Part shown: positions 57,901 to 64,000 of the stretch, one piece after another
How the letters are laid out: every line of letters begins with the position of its first letter
How positions within the stretch are numbered: position 1 is the first letter of the stretch
DNA from: Yuukianura sp. NJ FZ-2021
Taxonomy: Eukaryota
Direction: 5' to 3'
Length of the DNA stretch: 64,000 nt
NCBI GenBank assembly: GCA_046563655.1
Contig: CM102284.1
Coordinates: forward strand, 4,402,001-4,466,000
Notes under the pieces: model-generated
What the model saw: the letters and a program-made list of their open reading frames with translations, nothing else
Told to the model about the DNA's origin: nothing
The model's database searches: none
Translations under genes and position numbers: made by a program

Positions 57901-59860
57901 ATTTGCAAATCCCTAATCTGCCATCTAGTATAACCACTTTGCAAAAAAATTGGCCAAAAGTCTTCCGGATTAGTAAACCCGGAAGGCTCTTAATCCTTTG
58001 CTACAACACACGAGGTAAGTGACGTCCTTGTTTCATTTTCAATTGTGCAGCTGGGACGTAGAAAGGCGAGTTTCGTGTTTACATCTTTTTTTCGATTTTC
58101 ACTGGCCATTTTCGCGAATATTAAGGGTGGTGCACACAGTCAACACATGCGTGGAATCTAGCGCTAACAATATTGACCGCAGGTCGCGCACGCGAATTGG
58201 CTCATAATATTATATTTCATAATAATAAATAAATAATAATAATAATGATAATCGGTGAAAATCAAAGCTAAATTCTCACGTGAAACTTTAAACTGAATTC
58301 ACACGTCAAAATTGCAACTGAAATATCATGTGAAAAACGAATGTGAAATCGCAGCTGAATTCGCACGTAAAAGTTTCAACTGAATTCGCACGTCAAAATT
58401 GGAGCTGAATTCATACGTGAAAATCGACGCTCAATTCACACGTCAAATTTGAAACTGAAATCGCACGTGAAAAACGAATGTGAATTCACATGTGAAAAAC
58501 CTAAGTTCGCACGTGGAAATTGGTACTGAATTCGCACGTGAAATTTGAAACTGAAATCGCAAGGGAAAATCGCAGCTGATATCCAGTGGAAGAAATGGAT
58601 GAATCCAACGTCCAGCAACACAAGTGACCACTGAATTTCCACGTCACAATTGAAACTAGAATCGCACGCAAAAATCGCAATTGAAAATTGCATGTAGACA
58701 TCGCAGCTGAAATCGCACTTCAAAATTGAATTGCAGGTCAAAATCTCAGCTAAAATTCCACTTGAAAAATATGCACCGCCAAAACGATGTAATCGCATGC
58801 AAAAAGTAACAGCGTTGTACTTGCGCCCGCGTTATACGCGCTTTAATATTGCCAGAGTGCGATATTCTCACTTGCAAAGGTGATAGTTACGCCTGAGAAT
58901 TTTATATGCGTACTCTAACTCCAAATTCTCCGACCACCGCGACTGCGACGTCCGGGGATGGGAGTCATTTCACGTATCACGCGGCTGAAATTTTTCTCTT
59001 GTGTAAAAACCAACTGTACATTCGCTTGTGATTCCTGAAGTAATTTTTATGTGTGAATCATATCTGCGATTTTGCATTCGGCAGATGCGGGAGGGAAATT
59101 TTCACCTGTGATTACGCTTACGGGAGAGAGATTTTCTCGTGTTAATAAGTATCTGCATCTCTATCTGCGTATTTTTTTTCCCTTCCAATTTCGTAAAGAA
59201 TGCGCGTTAAAATTCAGTACGTACATTGTACATTTAAAAAAACTAACAAAACTGGTAATCGAAAAAAAAAACTGAGTACATAAAGGCAAAGTGTGGACAA
59301 GCCTTAACGAGATGAACTTTTGTTAAAATCGCCAAGGAGACTCGAAAATTTTGTAGTAAACACGAAAGTCGCCTTTCTACGTCCCAGCCGCATAATTCAT
59401 GACGAAAACAGTGACGAATTACATCTAATGTAAATTCAATTCAAAATTTCACTTGGAAAAAGCAAACTTAAAGACTGGTACTTCAAATTTCAATGACCCG
59501 ATTGTTCCCGAAATTTAAAATTCAGCAAAAAATTTTTTATCAAGTACATCAGGTGATAGAAAAAAATGCATGACAAATTAGGACACGTCACAATAATTCG
59601 ATTGAAATGAAATGAAACTTCGAATTTCAGAATTTCAGTTCAGAGAACACTACGTGCCGAATGTAAAAAATTCAAAAATGGAAAAATTCAAAAAAGAAAG
59701 TCAGGTTTTAGTTACAAAAATAAGGGAGTAACACTGAATTACAGAGAAACCTTGAGTTTGGTTTTAAAAATAGATTTTTTTCTTCGAAAAAATGAAAGTT
59801 TTCATTACCTTTGAAGACGTTGGAGTTGACGTCGACTGGACTTTTAAGTATGACTTCCAT
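54963..59860 (-). CDS. DDIT4: DDIT4/REDD1 (scylla/charybde) family protein (~209 aa)
   Basis: Exons 59860-59809, 55966-55532, 55426-55363, 55041-54963. LRAAKKAHL..EVLLPPDLL..EPCGLRGC, TVTTFELHLSL, SPAYTIAKKKLY. Confidence 0.92.
58015..59422. mobile_element. ~1.4-kb non-autonomous element bounded by inverted repeats, in DDIT4 intron 1
   Basis: gctgggacgtagaaaggcgagtttcgtgtttac (58050-58082) is the reverse complement of 59356-59388 with one mismatch; weaker complementarity extends ~35 bp outward. No transposase ORF; TSD not resolved. Confidence 0.65.
58260..58760. repeat. Degenerate minisatellite, unit ~24 bp (aactgaattcgcacgtgaaaatt-like)
   Basis: Repeated ctgaattc(g/a)cacgt(g/c)aaa units visible directly. 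Confidence 0.85.
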
Positions 59861-60249
59861 ATTTGATTGTTGCAATTGAATCATTTTCTTTTCTTTTATA
59901 GCGACAAGGTACTGTTTGAATTCACAGTTTAAACTTTTGAAAGAAAAGTTCGAAATTTCCACTAGTGACTTTTTCACAAATTCAAAAATCTTCTTTCTTC
60001 CTCCTCAATACTTGAAAGACATTTGGTATGAATTTTGGGCCTTGGACAGTATAAGTTGACTTTTAATCCTCTCGATTCTCGTCTTTTTCTTCAGACTAGT
60101 TATTTTTTCAATTTCAGAAAAACAGAAGTAATTTGCGACAGAAGACTTTTTGAAATTAAAAATAATTTGGCTCAAACTAAAAGCCGGCTAGGCTTCACTT
60201 TGGTGTTAAAGCAAGTTCTGGTTCCTACTCTGGCCCAAGTCGAGTGATC

Positions 60250-60287
60250 AACTGAAGTGCTAGTTCTGGACTGGACTTGGTTTTATA
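60250..60287 (-). promoter_or_regulatory. Candidate TATA + Inr core promoter of DDIT4
   Basis: Minus strand TATAAAA (60287-60281) about 34 nt before arthropod Inr TCAGTT (60255-60250), ~390 nt upstream of the ATG. Confidence 0.55.
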
Positions 60288-63200
60288 CTGTTTGGCTACG
60301 CTTTCAATTAATTCCTAATCGCACCGGCTTCAAAAATCCTTCCAGAACTTTTTTTTTCCTGCCCTCAGTGATAATCAACCCTCCTCTTTGTGAAAATTCT
60401 AATTTGTACTCGTAAGGTTATGAAAATGAAAAATTGTAAAAAGTGAAAATTAAAATTTTGAAAATTAGAAAAAATGACTCAAAAAATGAAATTGATTGCG
60501 TAGGGGGAGTTAAGACTTGACTAAATTTGTACGAAGGGCCCTTCCTAGATCCTAGCCTTCCCTCAAGCTCCCTGCGACGACGACAGTGAGTGACTGACTG
60601 GGGAGGCCCTAGCAACCCAACACTTTTATTTCTTCCCTCTTAAAACCAAAAATGCATCTCCTCATGCTGCTTTTTCCCCAGTGCTAAAACTAAAATCCAA
60701 ATCCCTACCAATTTCTAACACTGTTCTTATGGGTGGAAGCGGCTTCATCTCCCCTAAGCTCGCACAAAGCCCATTTTCATTGGCCCCAGGAAGGAGAAGG
60801 GGAATCAGAAAAACCACGTAGCAACAACATAGGGAAAAAGCCTTCAACTGGGCATCATCACATCTCCCCACTTTGTTTCATGCTGTTAGGAATATTCAAC
60901 TTCAAACGCTGTTTTCAGCTCTTAACGGAACTCTAGCGTCAGGTCAACAGTGATCAGCGTCTTTTAAAGCGTCAGAAACAGTTTAAAAGTTATTGAAATC
61001 CGTCCATTTAAGCTGAGCCGGGTCAGAGTAAGGTCATTCCAATTTGGGCAAAAATCAGTTCCAAGTTGTAGTTTTTGTAATTTTTTTAAATGAACAATGC
61101 CATATCACCAATGCAGTACAGAACGAGGCTTCACTCTACAATGAATTTGATGGAAACAAAGGAAATTATGAGAACATATGCCGTAGAACGTTTCAAAGTT
61201 TCTCATAAAAAGAATTAGTCATCCACGCTACTACCGAAAAGTACTAAACCAAAAAATAAAAATGTAATGCAATTCGTAGACCGGTAGACTACCGAAATTT
61301 TCCAATGTACTACTGCACGCTTTCTAAATTTCAAACTTTTAGCACAAAGTAAATGACTGTTTTAACCGGTTACTTGTATAATTCAAAAATGGAAAACCAA
61401 TTTGAAGTTGAAATTCAATTTCACGTCAAAATTGAATTCCATTTTCAACTTTCAAAATGAAATTCTGGCTGAAACTGTACTTAAGGAACCCACAGTTCCA
61501 CGATCATTCTCACACACAGAAATGATTCAAAAATCTTACAAAATTTTATGTTTTAAATTTCCAATTTCATTTTTCCATTTTCTGTTTCAAAAAATACGAC
61601 ATACACTCTGTGTGGGTCCTTGTAAGTTTCCTATTTGGTTTTGGTGGTGACGGTGGTGGTGGGGCTTGAAGTTGAAATGTTCACATTCACAATGCCGGTT
61701 TTCGTGTTTGAAAAGCATGCGTTCTTGTAGCAGCAGCCCCAGCAGTTTTGTTGCTATGCAATTCCCTTTGGTCTACGTGACCAAGCACCATCCATCCAAA
61801 TGCTTCCCGGTTCCTCTATTTTTGCCTTATAAAACTACATCTCCCTTTGGCATTATTTTTTATTTTCTGCTTTATTTCAAGGGAACCCACCACCCCACCC
61901 CTGCTTGCTACGTAATCAGTGCACAGAATCTCTCTCTTCCTAAAATCCATTGTTCTTCATCTTCTCCCTTTGCATCAATGCATCTCTAAAGTATATAGCA
62001 GCATCCAGCAGAGATTCTGTCATTTGACCTTCCTTCCAAGCCTTCAGTCATGAACTGGAGTCGGAACGGAGTGGTTACAATGGACTCCCCTCTGGCCCAC
62101 TTCAATCTTGCATCTTTAGCAATAAAGAGCCCCAATCCCAATCAATTCAAAACTTAATCTCTGAATAGGAATTGCATTTTGGAGGGATTGAGGGCGTCCC
62201 TTGAGAATAATCGAGAATCATTAAGATCAGGAATCAGGATTCAAGAACCTCTGAAGACAATGGCTCCTCACCATCTTCTCACCCGTACCAAGACATTTAT
62301 GCACGGACACTTACATGGCCATGCATACTAAACTATGAACCTAGCCTACACCTAACTTAAATGTTGATAAAATCAGCGTCCAACAGAGTCCTGGGATTCT
62401 TCTCACCTTCTGCAGTTCATCTCTTCAAATCTCATGGGACAACAGAATTCGACACTTAGCATCTCATTAGCTCCTTGACTTAAGGCTTAAGGTGCAGCTA
62501 ACGTTCTACCTCACAAAACACATTTCCCACAAAAGCCTTTAGCTTTTTTCAACTTATTTACACTCACCACACATGTTTTATTCATCTTCGGCAACTTAAC
62601 AAACCGGCTTTCTCATGTTCTCCTTCAGCCTTAGGTTCTCACTGTAGTTTAAAATTGTTAAGCTAAAAATAGCATGTCCACAGATCCTACACTTCTGGTT
62701 CTTTGTAACGTCCTTAACCATATCCTCCTATCGACAACCAAAAAAGTTTACAAAATGGGCGTTAAGCAGAACTTTCTAGAACAACGCTAAGTTTTAGAGA
62801 CGCTAACTAACCAAAAAGTAGCGTTAAATCAACAAAACTCAACTTAACCCGAGCGAGCATGGATCCTCCGCCGTCACAAAGCCTTCCCTCTTCCTGATCC
62901 TTCGCCCTCTCAACCCTTGACCCTTAGAAATGAAACCTAATGCTTCTATTTTGGTTTTTAGCAAAAAGGGAGAGTTGAAGAGCTAAAGGGCTCCCTGCAA
63001 CTCCAGTGAACAAAGGAAACGTAATTTCAGCAGCTCCGAAAAGTCTCCTGCAGCGCAAGGCCGAAGTCTTTTCACATGGAAATTTATATGCTACAGCTTA
63101 ACTAAAAGGAAACGTTCAAGCTCAGCATGCAGCAGAAGATGATACTGCTTCAGCAGCAGAATATAAATACAAAAAAGTTGATGAATCAAGAACTTGACTC

Positions 63201-63390
63201 GATCATAAATTTCCAATTGTCCAAAAAGATGATTTTGAATTTGGTAATTTCGAATTGCTCCATCATCATCATCAGTTTCTAGAATATGATTAGGGATAAT
63301 GGAAGCAGGGGAGCCCTTAGACTTTAAAATCAAAGTTTTAGCCCTTAGTTTCATCTTCTATGTCCTAAAAAACAACTCCTCACGGATTTG

Positions 63391-63418
63391 TGATGATGAT
63401 GATGATGATGAAGATGAT
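63391..63418. repeat. (GAT)n microsatellite
   Basis: tgatgatgatgatgatgatgaagatgat. Confidence 0.85.
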
Positions 63419-64000
63419 TATCTCCTGTCTCATGCTTCAGCTCTGTCCAAGTCCAACACTCCTTGGCCAACCTTTGCCGTTGAAGCCTCAAAGAATAATG
63501 AATTTGAAGTCTCTCTTTTTTACTTTTTCATCCCCTTTTGCCTAGACTGATGATGGGGATAAAGCCTGAAGCAGAACAACGAAAAGGCATCAAGAAAAAT
63601 GAAAAACTGAAAAAAATGAAATAAATGGGCATCATCCTCATCCCTGTGAGTATTAATGATCTCAAAGTTGCTTTAGATGAGCCAAGGGATGATGGGAAAA
63701 TGGTACTTTTCGTTATGCCTTAGCTACGAAGGGCTTCCTTCCTCCTCTGACAGTTTGACATGAAACATAAAGCAACCTCAGTCCAACTAATAAAAATAGT
63801 CACAAAAGCAAAGGCTAACATTCATAGCTTCCAATGGAAATGAAAAAATACAAATAGAAGACCAAACTAACAATGGATTTATTTTATCCAGTTTTTTTCA
63901 AGTTCTCAAACAACCATGTCAAGCATTCATTATTCAAAGGGCCCCTCAATTTTAAAAAAAAGCAAGGGAGAGCTCAGTAGACTTGAAACGAACCATAACC

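Noticed and set aside
58260-58800. CRISPR-like array and ORFs 58436-58798
   Set aside because: Degenerate tandem units without unique spacers, eukaryotic context, no cas genes; the ORFs are repeat artefacts.
60400-64000. Short ORFs upstream of DDIT4, including poly-Asp ones
   Set aside because: Driven by GAT/CAT microsatellites and composition; no recognisable protein.

Overview
AT-rich eukaryotic DNA with short spliceosomal introns (mostly 60-130 nt), consistent with a compact arthropod genome; the species cannot be determined from sequence alone. All gene models were spliced by hand with GT-AG and phase checks. Left to right: terminal exon of an upstream gene; two tandem long-chain acyl-CoA synthetase (ACSL) paralogs separated by a decayed ETNPPL/PHYKPL-type aminotransferase fragment; a GMC oxidoreductase; an intronless secreted protein with an alpha-acetolactate-decarboxylase-like motif series; a classical protein tyrosine phosphatase with a signal peptide and GPI-like tail; a CYP3-clan P450; a pancreatic-type lipase; MTP, whose first intron appears to contain an antisense SRPK gene; a head-to-head ENKD1-like / C2orf81-like pair with an X-box-like motif between them; and a DDIT4/scylla gene whose first intron holds an inverted-repeat element rich in ACGTG motifs. 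The best novelty candidates are the secreted ALDC-like gene (possible horizontal transfer) and the putative GPI-anchored ecto-PTP. No database searches were run, so family calls rest on recognised motifs.
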